Part shown: in pieces, positions 24,872-35,984 of the stretch
How positions within the stretch are numbered: the first letter of the stretch is position 1
Layout: each line of letters opens with the position of its first letter
From: an uncultured Planctomycetaceae bacterium
GTDB taxonomy: Bacteria; Planctomycetota; Planctomycetia; Pirellulales; PNKZ01
Assembly: GCA_964433865.1 (NCBI GenBank)
Contig: CAYSUC010000001.1
Coordinates: 1 to 55,766 of the forward strand
Direction: 5' to 3'
DNA length: 55,766 nucleotides
Translations under genes and position numbers: made by a program
The notes under the pieces: model-generated
The model's input: the letters and a program-made list of their open reading frames with translations, nothing else
Database searches by the model: none
Told to the model about the DNA's origin: nothing

Positions 24872-26980
24872 ATGCTGACCCCGCAATCGATACTCGGACC
24901 CGAGGGGCGGATCGCGGCCCGACTGCGGCACTACGAAGATCGTCCGCAGCAGTCGGAGATGGCGTCCGCCGTGGCCCGGGCGCTGCGCGAAGGTCGGCAT
25001 TTGGTGGTCGAGGCGGGTACGGGGGTCGGCAAGAGCTTCGCCTACCTGGTGCCGGCCGTCCTGGCCGTGGCGCAAGACGAACCTCCGGCCGAGCCCGCGA
25101 GCCGGCAACGTTCGATCTCGCCGGACGATGCCGACGACGAACCGCACGACGACGCGGCCGCTCCGCGCCGCCGCCGAATCGTGATCTCGACGCACACGAT
25201 CAGCCTGCAAGAACAACTGATCGAGAAGGACCTTCCGCTGTTGAACGCGGTGATTCCGCTGGAGTTCACCGCCGTGCTGGTCAAAGGGCGAAGCAACTAC
25301 CTGAGCCTGCGGCGGATGCAGAACGCGCTGCGCCGCGCCGGTTCGATGTTTCACGACGACGCCGAGTTCGACCAACTGCGCGCCATCTCGAGCTGGTCGC
25401 AGGCCACCGGCGGCGGCTCGCTCAGCGAACTCGACTTCCGGCCGTTGCCGCAGGTCTGGGACGAAGTGCAAAGCGAACATACGAACTGCATGGGGCGCGC
25501 CTGTCCGACGCACGCCGACTGCTTCTACTACCGCGCCCGGCGACGAGCGGCCAACGCGCAGCTTTTGATCGTCAACCACGCCTTGTTCTTCAGCGACCTC
25601 GCCCTGCGGATGCAAGGCGCGAGCATCTTGCCCGAGTACGACGCCGTGATCTTCGACGAGGCCCACACGCTCGAAGCCGTGGCCGGCGATCATCTGGGTC
25701 TCGGCGTCTCCAGCGGACAGGTCGAGTACGTGCTGAGCAAGCTCTATAACGATCGCACGAACCGGGGGCTGCTCGTGCATCACCGGGCGCACGAAGCCCA
25801 ACGTTCGGTCGACGATTGTCGTTTCGCGGCCGACGACTTCTTCGAGTCGCTGCGCGTGTGGCGCAACCGACACGCCGGCGGCAACGGCCGCGTGCGCGAA
25901 AGCGAGATCGTCGAGAACAAGCTGACGCCGACGTTGACGAAGCTGGCCAAGCAGGTGCGCAAACTGCAGGACGGCGTCGACGCGGTCGACGAGAAGCAGG
26001 ACCTGACGGCCGCCGGCGATCGTTTGCAGGCGCTGGCCGGCGAGGTCGACGCCTGGTGCAAGCAATCGCTGGCCGACGGCGTGTATTGGATCGAAACGAC
26101 GCAAGGTCGCCGGCCGCGGACGATCTTGAACGCGGCGCCGCTCGACGTCGGCGGATTGCTCCGCGAGCATTTGTTTCAAAAAACGTCGAGCGTCGTCATG
26201 ACCAGCGCCACGCTGACCGTTCGCCCGTCGGGCGACCGCCGCTCGGCCGACGCGCACGCCTTCGACTACTTCAAGAGCCGCATCGGCCTGACGCAGGTCG
26301 ACGCGCTGGCCTTGGGCAGCCCGTTCAACTACCGCGAACAGGCCGAGATCGTACTGCTCGACGGCATGCCCGACCCCGCCGACGATCCGCACGCCTTCCA
26401 ACAGCGGATGGTGCGGATGATCGAGCGCTATGCGGGCCGGACCGACGGCCGGACGTTCGTGCTGTTCACCAGTTACGAGATGCTGCGCGAGACGGCCTCG
26501 CGCCTCGCCCCGTGGTTGACGGCGCACGACCTGGCCTTGTATTCGCAAGCCGACGGCGTGCCGCGTTCCACGATGATCGAACGGTTCAAGGAGAATCCGC
26601 GGGGCGTGCTGTTGGGAACCGACAGCTTCTGGCAGGGCGTCGACGTTCCGGGCGACGCGCTGCAAACGGTCATCATCACGAAGCTGCCGTTCGCCGTTCC
26701 CGATCGTCCGCTGATCGAGGCGCGGCTCGACGCCGTGCGGGCCGCCGGCGGTAATCCGTTCATGGATTTTCAACTGCCCGAGGCGGTGCTGAAGCTGAAG
26801 CAGGGCTTCGGCCGGTTGATTCGCACGGCCCGCGATCGGGGGAAGGTCGTGATCCTCGACCCGCGGATGCGAACGAAGCGTTACGGCCGGGTGTTTTTGA
26901 ATTCGTTGCCGGACTGCCGGGTCACGATCGAGCGCGCCGACCGTGAAGGCGCGCCTTCGGACGGCGAGGCCTCGGGCTGA
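24872..26980 (+). CDS. dinG: DinG/XPD-family ATP-dependent DNA helicase
   Basis: Motif I is [17 protein letters not shown]. The Fe-S Cys cluster region is [16 protein letters not shown]. The DEAH-type box is FDEAHTLE. Helicase C motifs include VLFTSY and ..[14 protein letters not shown].. Confidence 0.85.
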   Translation: MLTPQSILGPEGRIAARLRHYEDRPQQSEMASAVARALREGRHLVVEAGTGVGKSFAYLVPAVLAVAQDEPPAEPASRQRSISPDDADDEPHDDAAAPRRRRIVISTHTISLQEQLIEKDLPLLNAVIPLEFTAVLVKGRSNYLSLRRMQNALRRAGSMFHDDAEFDQLRAISSWSQATGGGSLSELDFRPLPQVWDEVQSEHTNCMGRACPTHADCFYYRARRRAANAQLLIVNHALFFSDLALRMQGASILPEYDAVIFDEAHTLEAVAGDHLGLGVSSGQVEYVLSKLYNDRTNRGLLVHHRAHEAQRSVDDCRFAADDFFESLRVWRNRHAGGNGRVRESEIVENKLTPTLTKLAKQVRKLQDGVDAVDEKQDLTAAGDRLQALAGEVDAWCKQSLADGVYWIETTQGRRPRTILNAAPLDVGGLLREHLFQKTSSVVMTSATLTVRPSGDRRSADAHAFDYFKSRIGLTQVDALALGSPFNYREQAEIVLLDGMPDPADDPHAFQQRMVRMIERYAGRTDGRTFVLFTSYEMLRETASRLAPWLTAHDLALYSQADGVPRSTMIERFKENPRGVLLGTDSFWQGVDVPGDALQTVIITKLPFAVPDRPLIEARLDAVRAAGGNPFMDFQLPEAVLKLKQGFGRLIRTARDRGKVVILDPRMRTKRYGRVFLNSLPDCRVTIERADREGAPSDGEASG

Positions 26981-27075
26981 AGCGCGCCACGAACCGCGAT
27001 CCGGCGTCGCGTGTTCGTCGCGGCGCTGCGCCGTCGAGCGCTCCGCTGCGCGTCGCGGCTCACGACCGTAGCGGG

Positions 27076-29715
27076 TTACCGTTGCGCGTCGAGTTCGGCC
27101 AGCAACTTCATCAGGGCGACGGGATCGATGGGCTTGACCAGGTGGCGATCGAAGCCGGCGTCTTGCGAGCGGCGGCGGTCTTCATCCTGACCCCAGCCGG
27201 TGACGGCGATCAGGCACGCCGGCGCCCCGTCGGCCGACTCGCGGATGCGTCGACAAGCTTCGTAGCCGTTGAGCTTCGGCAGGCCGATGTCGAGCAGTAC
27301 GACGTCGGGCCGCAGACGGAGCGCGGCGTCGACCGCTTCCTGGCCGTCGTAGGCGGCATGCGTTTCGTTGCCGCCGAGCCTCAGCATCAGGCTCAGCGTG
27401 TCGGCCGCGTCGCGGTTGTCGTCGACGACGAGAATACGGAGAGCCGACGTCGAGGCCGCCGGGGGCGCAACGTCTGCCGACGGCTGGGTCGTCGCGTCGA
27501 CGACGATCGGCAGGCGAACGATGAATTCCGATCCGCGGCCGAGGCCTTCGCTGCGGGCCTCGACGCAGCCGCCGTGCATTTCGACCAGCCGCTTGACCAG
27601 GGTCAAGCCGATTCCCAATCCGCCCCGCGACCGTTCGAGCGAAGCATCCAACTGCCGGAACATGTCGAAGATGCTCCCCAGCTTGTCGGCGGGAATGCCG
27701 ATGCCCGAGTCGCGGACCGAGACGACGAGGTCGCCGGCTTGCGACTCGGCGGTGAGCGTGATTCGGCCCCCCGGCTCGCTGTACTTGGCCGCGTTGGTCA
27801 GCAGGTTGGCCAAGACCTGGGCGAGTCGAACGGCATCGGCGTCGACGACGACCGTATGCCCCGGCTGCGCGACGGACAGTACGTGGCCCATTTGGTCGAT
27901 CAGCGGTTGCGCGGCCTCGACGGCGCCGTCGATCACCGTCGCCAGCGGCACGCGCGTCCGGCGCAGTTCGATGCGGCCCGTCGTGATCCGCGACAGGTCC
28001 AGCAGGTCGTCGACCAATCGGGCCATGTGCGTCACTTGGCGTTCCATCGTGCCGCAGGCGTTGTCGACCACGGCGGGGTCGCCGTCGGCCAGCTTGATGA
28101 CGTGCAGCACGTTGCGAATGGGCGCCAACGGATTGCGGAGCTCGTGGGCCAGCGTGGCCAGGAATTCGTCTTTGCGCCGGCTGTTTTCGGATAGTTCGGC
28201 GGCGACGTGTCGCAGATCGTCCTCGAGCTTCTTGCGATCGGTGACGTCGTAGTTGATGCCGTCGAAGCGGACCGCCGCGCCGTTCTCGTACGTCGCCCGG
28301 CCGGCCGATCGCACCCAACGGAACTCGCCGGTGTTCGGGTTCACCACGCGGTGATCGACGGCGTAGAGCGCGCCGTCGCGAAGGGCCGTTTCCATGGCCA
28401 GGCGGGTCGCTTCGCGGTCGTCGGGGTGCAATCGGCTCCAAAACAAGTCCAACGTCGGCTCCGCACCGGGCGGAACGAAGAACAGCTCGCGAGTGCGGTC
28501 GTCCCAATTCAGAGCGCTCAGGGGAAGTGCGTTCAGCCACATGCCGACCCCGGTCGTATCGAGGGCGAAGGCCAATTGCGCCGTTCGCTCGCGGAGGGCC
28601 TGTTCCACACGCTTCTGCTCGGTGATGTCGCGGCTGACGCCGACCACGCCCACGACCTGCCCGGCCTCGTCGCGCAGCGGCGTCTTGGTGGAAAGAAAGA
28701 TGCGTTTCACGCCGTCGGCGCAGGTGTAAGGCTCTTCACCCCCGGCCACGGCCCCCGTGTCGAACACTCGCTGATCGAGGGCGGCGATCGCGGGCCGATC
28801 GGCCGGATCGTGAAAGCGGGCCTCTTCGCTTGCGTCGACGGCCGCCTCGTAGCTCATCCCCATCGCCTTGAGCGTGGCGGCGTTGGCGTACATCAGACGT
28901 CCGGCGCGGTCTTTGACGAAAATCAACTCCGTGGTGGCGTCGTTCACCGTGCGGACGAGCCGTTCTCGCTCGTGCGCCGCCGCTTCGGCCTGTTTACGCT
29001 GCGTGATGTCGCGAAACACCAGCACGCAGCCGACGATCTCGCCTTGCCGCCCGCGGATGGGAGCGGCGCTGTCGTCGATGGCCCGCTCCGTACCGTCCTT
29101 CGCGATCAGCACCGTGTGATTCGCCAAGCCGACGATCGTTCCCTCGCGCAACGCCTTCGTCGCCGGATTCTCGACCGGCCGGCGAGTCGATTCGTTGACG
29201 ATGCGGAACACGGCCTCGAGCGGCCGACCCGCGGCCTCGGCGCACGTCCACCCGCAGAGCATTTCCGCCACGGGGTTCATGCTCGCGATCCGGCCGTCGG
29301 CATCGGTCGTAATCACTCCGTCGCCGATGCAGGCCAGCGTCGTGCGCAGCCTCTCGGCCTGTTCGGCCGTACGCCGCCGCGCTCGACGCGCCGCTTCGCC
29401 CAACCCGGCGAAGGCCAGACAGACGAGCCCGTAGACCACCAACCCGTTCGAATGCGGACCGGTGGGAATCTTGAACGTGAACCGCGGCGGAACGAAAAAG
29501 TACCAGGTCGTCGCCAGTCCGAGCGCGGCGGCGAACAACGCGGGCCCGAACCCGCCCCACCACGCCATCGCCGCGACGGCGACGAAGAAGGTGGGGAACG
29601 GCACGTGATCGTCTAAGAAAGGGTCGACGAGCCCGCGCAAGACCCCCGCAACGACGACGGCTGCGATCGCCGAAAGATAAACGGCGACATCGCGCGGCGT
29701 CTCGTCGCTCGTCAT
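27076..29715 (-). CDS. hybrid sensor histidine kinase (DUF4118-like TM module, PAS repeats, HisKA, HATPase, REC)
   Basis: ATG 29715. The H-box is LAHELRNPLAPI. The G-boxes are VRDSGIGIP and GGLGIGLTLVKRLVEMHGG. The C-terminal receiver reads ILVVDDNRDAADTL..VLLDIGLPKLNG. Confidence 0.85.
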   Translation of the reverse strand: MTSDETPRDVAVYLSAIAAVVVAGVLRGLVDPFLDDHVPFPTFFVAVAAMAWWGGFGPALFAAALGLATTWYFFVPPRFTFKIPTGPHSNGLVVYGLVCLAFAGLGEAARRARRRTAEQAERLRTTLACIGDGVITTDADGRIASMNPVAEMLCGWTCAEAAGRPLEAVFRIVNESTRRPVENPATKALREGTIVGLANHTVLIAKDGTERAIDDSAAPIRGRQGEIVGCVLVFRDITQRKQAEAAAHERERLVRTVNDATTELIFVKDRAGRLMYANAATLKAMGMSYEAAVDASEEARFHDPADRPAIAALDQRVFDTGAVAGGEEPYTCADGVKRIFLSTKTPLRDEAGQVVGVVGVSRDITEQKRVEQALRERTAQLAFALDTTGVGMWLNALPLSALNWDDRTRELFFVPPGAEPTLDLFWSRLHPDDREATRLAMETALRDGALYAVDHRVVNPNTGEFRWVRSAGRATYENGAAVRFDGINYDVTDRKKLEDDLRHVAAELSENSRRKDEFLATLAHELRNPLAPIRNVLHVIKLADGDPAVVDNACGTMERQVTHMARLVDDLLDLSRITTGRIELRRTRVPLATVIDGAVEAAQPLIDQMGHVLSVAQPGHTVVVDADAVRLAQVLANLLTNAAKYSEPGGRITLTAESQAGDLVVSVRDSGIGIPADKLGSIFDMFRQLDASLERSRGGLGIGLTLVKRLVEMHGGCVEARSEGLGRGSEFIVRLPIVVDATTQPSADVAPPAASTSALRILVVDDNRDAADTLSLMLRLGGNETHAAYDGQEAVDAALRLRPDVVLLDIGLPKLNGYEACRRIRESADGAPACLIAVTGWGQDEDRRRSQDAGFDRHLVKPIDPVALMKLLAELDAQR

Positions 29716-29907
29716 GTTGCACCGTCTTTCGACACGCCGCTCGTGCGATTCGCAATCATCCCGGGTCGAGGTCCGATCAGGCGATCTTACCAACTCTTGC
29801 GGAGGGTTCCAGTTGTTCACCCCCCCGGCTCGCCGCGACGTCGACGCTGGCAAGACGACCGCGGCGGCGTTACTCTCGTACGCAGCCCACTTGGAGGACC
29901 CGCGTCG

Positions 29908-31071
29908 ATGACCGAGATCGCTTCCCCTGCCGACCTACGTCCGTGGCTCCGTCGTGCATTCCTCAAGTCGTGCGGCGCCGCGGCCGCCGGCGTGTTCGCA
30001 ACCCCTTCGGTTCGCGCCGCAACCACGGAGCCGGAGTTTCGTCCGTTCGCCGACTATGCCGAAGTGCCGGCGACGTTACGTCGTCGCGGACGCGAGCTGC
30101 GCATCTTGGGATCCGCGCTCGACGGCTCGCCGCTCGTCGCCGTGCGTTGCGGCGGAAAGAAACTGCCGGCGATCTTCATCAGCGGCGGCGCGCACTCGAC
30201 CGAGCACGCAGGCGCCCTGGCCACGGTCGAAGTCGTCGAGCGGCTCCGAACCGAACACGTCGTCTGGGTCGTACCGGCCCGCGATCCGGTCGGGCTCGGA
30301 GGTTTTCGCCATGCGCTGAGCCTGGGGTTGGGGCGAGCGCCGAAGTTGGAATCGGCCGACGACGTCGACGATTTTCTCCGCGCGCACGGCGAGGTGCTCG
30401 TCGACGCCGATGGGATCGTGCTCACGCTCATCGGCGAACACGGCTACGCCAATCAGAACCTGTTGCAAAAGATCGCCAAGGGATCGCCGCCGCTCGAACC
30501 GTTGCGAGGCCGGCGCATCTGGTGCGCCTCGCGACGGACCGATACGCCCGGCTCGGCGCCGTTGGAACGCGCCTACACGCTCATCGTTTCGCCCGACGGC
30601 GAAGTGCTGCACCTCAACCGATTTCACGACACCCGTTGGGCGCCGGCCGAAGTGCGGGCCGTGCGCACGTTGATGGCCGAGATCAAGCCCGCCCTCACGT
30701 TCGACCTGCACGAGCACGATCACGGCCCGTTCTTCTGGATGTCGGCCCGCAAGCAACGGACCGAGGACGACGAGATTTGGGAACGGCGGATGGCGACCGA
30801 AGCGGCGCGAGCCGTCGCCGCGACGGGATCGGAACTGGCGCCCGATTCGTACTCGCCGGGCTCGTTCTTCGAGCGCCTCGAGCGGGGCGTGTTCTGGCTC
30901 GACCCCGGCAAACGGGGCGAAGGGCTGAACCTCGTCGACTTCGCCGCCCGGCACTACGGCCCGGGCTTCACGATCGAAACCGGCATGCAATGCCCGTTCG
31001 ACGAGCGCGTGAACCAACACCTGCGCGTCGTCGAAACGGCCGTGCGCGTCTTCGAGCGGCGCTACGCCTGA
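29908..31071 (+). CDS. M14-like zinc carboxypeptidase-fold protein with TAT signal
   Basis: ATG 29908 follows ggagga. The twin-arginine signal is LRRAFLKSCGAAAAG. M14-like blocks are ISGGAHSTEHAG (HxxE), VVPARDPVG and FDLHEH. Confidence 0.55.
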   Translation: MTEIASPADLRPWLRRAFLKSCGAAAAGVFATPSVRAATTEPEFRPFADYAEVPATLRRRGRELRILGSALDGSPLVAVRCGGKKLPAIFISGGAHSTEHAGALATVEVVERLRTEHVVWVVPARDPVGLGGFRHALSLGLGRAPKLESADDVDDFLRAHGEVLVDADGIVLTLIGEHGYANQNLLQKIAKGSPPLEPLRGRRIWCASRRTDTPGSAPLERAYTLIVSPDGEVLHLNRFHDTRWAPAEVRAVRTLMAEIKPALTFDLHEHDHGPFFWMSARKQRTEDDEIWERRMATEAARAVAATGSELAPDSYSPGSFFERLERGVFWLDPGKRGEGLNLVDFAARHYGPGFTIETGMQCPFDERVNQHLRVVETAVRVFERRYA

Positions 31072-31089
31072 ACGGTGCCGCCGTCCGCC

Positions 31090-33399
31090 TCAGACCAAGC
31101 CCCACTTCTTGCGCAGAAACCACTCCGCGGCCAGCAGCGCGACGAACGCCAGCAGAAACTCCCAGCGGTCCCACAGCGAACGCAGTTCCGGCGTTTCCGA
31201 ACGTTTCTGCTGCGAGGCCTCGCGCAACTGCCGTACCACGTCGCCGAACTCGCCGATCGTGATCGCGCGGCCTCCGGGCGTCATCTCGGCCAAGCCCTTG
31301 AGCAAGCCGGGATAGGCGTTCGGGTTGTCGAGTTCCAGGTCTTGCCCGAAGACGTGAAACCGGGCCTGCGCCTTCCCCAGCGGCTTTTTCTTCGCGTCTT
31401 CGGCCGTCACCTCCAGCAGGTAATCGCCCGAGGGCCCCGGGGGCAGCGCGAGTTCGCCGTACGATTCGTCTCCGCGGCGGCGCACGGCGGGTTTGAACTT
31501 CTGGCCGTCCGGCGCGGTCACCACCGGCGCAAACACGGCGTCGGCGATCGGCGCGCGGTCGGGAGTTTGCGCGCCGAGCGTGAACTGCAACTGCGCATTG
31601 GGGCTGAACGTGCGCTGCGGCAAGCGGACCCACACGCCTTCGCCCGCTTGGTCTTCACGATGCGCGAGCCACAACACCGTGCGCCGCCAAAACCGTTTGT
31701 GCTCCGCCTCGTGCCCGCGCATCCGCCAGCGCCAGGTCGAGTCGACGGCACAGGCCAGAACACGTCCGCGGTCGAAATCGCGGCTGACGATCAGCGGTGC
31801 GCCGTCCGGACCGTCGGCGGCCGCCAACGTGAGCGCGCCTTCGACGACGCCGGCGAACTTGTTGGCCCCCGAAAGCGGCGGCAGCGCCTTCCAAGCGTCG
31901 TCGTTCGCCGCGTCGCCGGCCGCCAGTTGCAACAGCGACTGCGTGCGACCGATCCGCGTCGGCAGCAGGCGGAACGTCGCGTCGAGGTGCAGGTCGGGGC
32001 GAATCTCTTCGTTGAAGTTCTGCCGCTCGAAGCGATCGATGCGAATCGGCAACAGCGAGGCCAGCGGCGTCGCGCCGTAACCGCCGGCGCCGAAACTATG
32101 CAACCCGCCGAGCATGGCGAAGCCCGCCCCTCGCCGCACCGCTTCGACCAGCGACGTCAACTCGTCGGCCGTAAAGGCCGCGGCATCGATGTCGCCGAAA
32201 AGATACACGTCGTACGCGCCGGGTGCGAAACGCTTCGCCAGGTCGGCGGGACGCGTCTGCGGCTTCGTCGCATCAATCTCGAGGTAGTCGACTTGAATGT
32301 CGGGCGAGGCTTCCAACGAACGGCGGAGGAACGTTTGTTCGACCCGCGCGCCCCCTTCGACGTACAGCACGTTCAGCCCTTCGCCGAACACCGTGACGAA
32401 CGTGATGACTTCGTTGTTCGTGGTCTTCAACTCCCCCGGCTGCGGAGGCGAACGAAGGGCCACGCGAAACTCTCCCGGCTTCGTCGGCACGGTTTCCAAG
32501 CGGACGGGCTGTCCGAGTTCGCCGCGCGCCCGACCGCCGTCGACGCGCATCGCGGCCGCAGGTTCCATCCGCCCGCTTCCCGGTGCGCTCTCGATCAGCA
32601 ATTGCACCTCGATCGGCTGATTTTCGAAACCCTCGACGTGCGCCGAGCCTTCGACCGTCAGCGGATTCTTGACGAACACCGGCTCGCTGGTCAGCAGGTT
32701 GCGCAGTTCGATATCGCGGGCCTGTCCGGCGGCCCGTTCCTTTCCCAAGGCGACGGTGAACAACGGGAACCCGCGGTCGGCGAGCCACTGCTTCACGGGG
32801 ATCTCCGGCAGCAGCGGGTTGGGGGCTAGCGTCCGCTGCGCCCCGTCGGAAACCAGGAACACGCCGGCCAGCCGCTTTCCGGCCTCGGGTCGCAAGGCTT
32901 GTTCGAGCGCCGTTCCCAGCGCGGTTTCGTCGCCGTTCGGGGGCGAATCGTAACGATACGCGCCGTCGGTAGGTTCCAGCCGTGCCGCGCCGGCGTCGAA
33001 GCCGTACACTTGCAACGTGAGATCGCTGCGCAGGTCGTCGAAGACCGAGCCGGCCGCGGCCAGCAACTCTTCGACGGCCTGCCAGCGCGTCTTGCCCGCC
33101 TCGAGGTCGGCGTTTTGCATGCTCCGCGAACGGTCGACGAGCAGGATCACGGTGTCCGGACGATCGTCGATCCGCGGCACCAGCAGCGACGGCCGGAGCA
33201 TGGCCGACAGCACCAGCGCGATGACCGCCAGTCGCAGGACGACCAACGTCGTGCGGCGTCGCGGCGTGGTCCGATTGCGGCCCGGCCCGAACCACAATAG
33301 CAGCAGCAACACCGCGCCGACGCCGACGACGGTCGCGTATCCGCCGACGGGATCGAACAGCGGCGTGCCGGTCGTCGGAGTGGCGGAGGTCGGTTCCAT
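31090..33399 (-). CDS. membrane-anchored vWA-domain protein (BatB/aerotolerance-related class)
   Basis: ATG 33399. There are two N-terminal TM helices, followed by VILLVDRSRSMQ (a vWA MIDAS-like DxSxS) and a C-terminal TM. It sits directly downstream of the BatA_N gene. Confidence 0.65.
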   Translation of the reverse strand: MEPTSATPTTGTPLFDPVGGYATVVGVGAVLLLLLWFGPGRNRTTPRRRTTLVVLRLAVIALVLSAMLRPSLLVPRIDDRPDTVILLVDRSRSMQNADLEAGKTRWQAVEELLAAAGSVFDDLRSDLTLQVYGFDAGAARLEPTDGAYRYDSPPNGDETALGTALEQALRPEAGKRLAGVFLVSDGAQRTLAPNPLLPEIPVKQWLADRGFPLFTVALGKERAAGQARDIELRNLLTSEPVFVKNPLTVEGSAHVEGFENQPIEVQLLIESAPGSGRMEPAAAMRVDGGRARGELGQPVRLETVPTKPGEFRVALRSPPQPGELKTTNNEVITFVTVFGEGLNVLYVEGGARVEQTFLRRSLEASPDIQVDYLEIDATKPQTRPADLAKRFAPGAYDVYLFGDIDAAAFTADELTSLVEAVRRGAGFAMLGGLHSFGAGGYGATPLASLLPIRIDRFERQNFNEEIRPDLHLDATFRLLPTRIGRTQSLLQLAAGDAANDDAWKALPPLSGANKFAGVVEGALTLAAADGPDGAPLIVSRDFDRGRVLACAVDSTWRWRMRGHEAEHKRFWRRTVLWLAHREDQAGEGVWVRLPQRTFSPNAQLQFTLGAQTPDRAPIADAVFAPVVTAPDGQKFKPAVRRRGDESYGELALPPGPSGDYLLEVTAEDAKKKPLGKAQARFHVFGQDLELDNPNAYPGLLKGLAEMTPGGRAITIGEFGDVVRQLREASQQKRSETPELRSLWDRWEFLLAFVALLAAEWFLRKKWGLV

Positions 33400-33431
33400 C
33401 GTTGCGTCGCGCGGTTCGAATCCGCCGCGAT

Positions 33432-35576
33432 CTATTCCCGATAAAACCGGTTGGCCAACACCTGCTCGCAACCGAGCACGACCGCCGTCAAACAGATGAG
33501 CAACGGAAACAGTTCGCTGCCGCGCCGGTCGGGGTTCGATTCCCGTTTCACCTCGGCGAAACGGCGCGAGACGCCGTGCGGCGCATCCCCCAACAACGCG
33601 GCCAAGCGTTCGGGGTCCAGGCGTCGCAGGGCGTCGGCATCGGCCGACAGGTTGACGCTGAAGCCGCGCTCGACGCCCCCCTCGCTTCCTCCCGCCTGAA
33701 CCCGATAGTTGCCCGGCTCGTCGGTGATCGGCACGGTCAGCAGGTTGCGGCGCAGGTCGGCCGCCACGCGCAGCGGCGGGCCTTCGGAACCGCGCCGCGT
33801 CACCAAGTACGTCTCGAATCGCTTCCCCGACTCGAGGCGAACTCGCGCCGTCTCTTGCGCCAAATAGTTCACCGCCTCTTCACGGCCGGCCAGGTACGTC
33901 GTCAGTCCGTTCATCAACACCACGAACGGCCACGGCTCCGGACCGATCGGCAGGAAATTCCAACGGTCGCTCTCACGGACGTCGGCGGGTTCGGAAATCG
34001 GCGTCGTCATGGTCACGGCGCGACCCAGCCCGATCGGCCGTTCGACCAGCGCCGCGGCGTCGTTGTTGTACGAGGCGACCAGCACCGTCCCCTCGGCCGG
34101 CGCCAACTTCCAATAGCGGTACACCGGAAAATCGGGCCACGGCGTCGTGTTCTTCACCGGCTTGAAGTCGGCCGACATCGGATGCTGATCGGCGTCGGGC
34201 CAGAGATACAAGTCGCCGTCCGGGTAACGAGCCTGGATGTCGAGCTTGCCGGCCAGCACCGACTGCGCCGCGTCGCCGTTGAACGCCTCGGGCTTGGCCT
34301 GCGGACCGAGGACGACGGCCGCACCGCCGCCGGAGCGAGCGTAGCCCTCGATCTGCTGCCAGACGGGATCGGCCAGCGGCGGCGGGTCGAGCAGCAGCAC
34401 GGCCGCGAAGCCGTCCAACTCGGCGGTCGCCAGCGCATCGTACGAGATCGTCTGCACGTCGTACGGGGCGATTCCGTTGACGACCAACTCGCGCCCCGCG
34501 ACGGCCTGCGTGTAGTACGTGCTGCGGGCCGCCGGCGGCGCCGGGGACGCCACGAGAATCCGTTGCGCCGGACGCACCAACACCGTGAAGTAGCGAACGT
34601 TGTCGTCCGGCAGATGATCGGGCTCGTCGATACGAACCTCCCCCTGATGCACGCCGACGTCGAGCCCGCCGAGCGTGAAGCCGAGGTCTTTCGTTTCGTC
34701 GGCCGCGAGGTCGAGTTCTTCGACGCCCCGCTCGCGGGCGGCGCCGGTCGCACGATCGAACGTCGTCACGCGCACCAAGCGTTTGCCTCCGGTGCCCAAC
34801 GCGGAGAGCGAACAGGTGACGATCAGCGGGCGATTGCGAACCGGCGTCTGTTCGGACAGCCCGATGTTGCCGAGAGCGAAATTCTCCGGCTTTTCGGCGC
34901 CGACGTCGACGAGTTGCACCTTGGCGACGCCGGCGTCGACGGCCCGGCGAACCCACTCCCCCGCGCGATGCCCCGACCACGCGCCGACCGAAAGATCGGT
35001 GAAGACGTACAGTTCCTTGCGATCGTGCGCCGCGGACCGCAACAGTTCGGCGGCTCCTTCGCAGGCCTCGGACAACGGACGTCCGCGGCCCGCGATTTTG
35101 AGGTTGCCCAGCCGTTCGCGGGCGATGGTCGGGTCGGCCTCGAAGACCCGCGCCGGCGCGGCGTTGTCGACGATGCCGATCTCGCTTTTCGGCGGCAGGG
35201 CGTCGAGCAGTTGCCGAGCGAACTCTTGGGCCGCGGCCAGGCGCGTCTTGCGCTCGGCCACGTAGCCCATCCGCGGCGAGACGTCGAAGACCAGCACGGC
35301 CGAGATCGGGCTTTCGACGGAGCCGAACCATCCGAACAAGTGCGCCGAAGGCCGGGCCAGCGCGAAGGCCAACAGCGCCACGGCCGCCGCGCGGAGCGCC
35401 AACAGCAGCAGGTGCCGCAGGTTGAGCGTCCGCCGATTCGACGACCGCCGCGCCTGCACGAACCGCAAGGCCGGAAACTCCAGCGGCTTCGGACGCTGCC
35501 GCATCACCAAATGCAGCACCACGGGAATCGCGGCGAACAGGCCTCCCGCCAAAAGTCCCGGATGCATGAATTCCAT
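33432..35576 (-). CDS. BatA N-terminal domain-containing membrane protein
   Basis: The product starts MEFMHPGLLAGGLFAAIPVVLHLVMRQRPKPLEFPALRF, an aerotolerance-regulator N-terminal motif. It has a vWA-like core VLVFDVSPRMG and a C-terminal TM. Confidence 0.7.
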   Translation of the reverse strand: MEFMHPGLLAGGLFAAIPVVLHLVMRQRPKPLEFPALRFVQARRSSNRRTLNLRHLLLLALRAAAVALLAFALARPSAHLFGWFGSVESPISAVLVFDVSPRMGYVAERKTRLAAAQEFARQLLDALPPKSEIGIVDNAAPARVFEADPTIARERLGNLKIAGRGRPLSEACEGAAELLRSAAHDRKELYVFTDLSVGAWSGHRAGEWVRRAVDAGVAKVQLVDVGAEKPENFALGNIGLSEQTPVRNRPLIVTCSLSALGTGGKRLVRVTTFDRATGAARERGVEELDLAADETKDLGFTLGGLDVGVHQGEVRIDEPDHLPDDNVRYFTVLVRPAQRILVASPAPPAARSTYYTQAVAGRELVVNGIAPYDVQTISYDALATAELDGFAAVLLLDPPPLADPVWQQIEGYARSGGGAAVVLGPQAKPEAFNGDAAQSVLAGKLDIQARYPDGDLYLWPDADQHPMSADFKPVKNTTPWPDFPVYRYWKLAPAEGTVLVASYNNDAAALVERPIGLGRAVTMTTPISEPADVRESDRWNFLPIGPEPWPFVVLMNGLTTYLAGREEAVNYLAQETARVRLESGKRFETYLVTRRGSEGPPLRVAADLRRNLLTVPITDEPGNYRVQAGGSEGGVERGFSVNLSADADALRRLDPERLAALLGDAPHGVSRRFAEVKRESNPDRRGSELFPLLICLTAVVLGCEQVLANRFYRE

Positions 35577-35984
35577 AAACGAAAAACGCCGCCGGCGTCC
35601 GCTGCCCGAGGGGTCGCGCGAACGTCGCGCCTGTGCGAAAGCGACCGCTCGCCCCTGTATTCTAACAAAACCGCACGTCGGGCGAAGCGGCCGACATCGA
35701 GACCCGGGGCGAAGCAGCGCTCGAAAGCAACGCGGCCGATGAACCACTCCTCATCGAGCCGAAATCGTGGACGGTTCTCGATTTCAAGCTCCGTCTCGAC
35801 CGTGGTCGCGATCCGTTGTCCGGCGCGTGGCGAAGGCCCTGCTCGAGCGTTCCGCGAGCGCGGCATCACCCGCCGCCCGGACGTCGACGCGGGGTCGATC
35901 CGTCGGCCGACGACGGAAAGCGGACGGGCTCCGCCGGTTCAGCGTTTCCGCCCCCGGCGCCTTCGACCACCGCGGAGTTGCCTG

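Noticed and set aside
35504-35869. A 121-aa minus-strand ORF upstream of and overlapping the BatA_N gene start.
   Set aside because: One stretch (TVETELEIENRPRFRLDEEWFIGRVAFE) looks protein-like, but the ORF overlaps the BatA_N start by ~70 nt in another frame. It has an Arg-rich N-terminus and no family signal. The evidence is insufficient.
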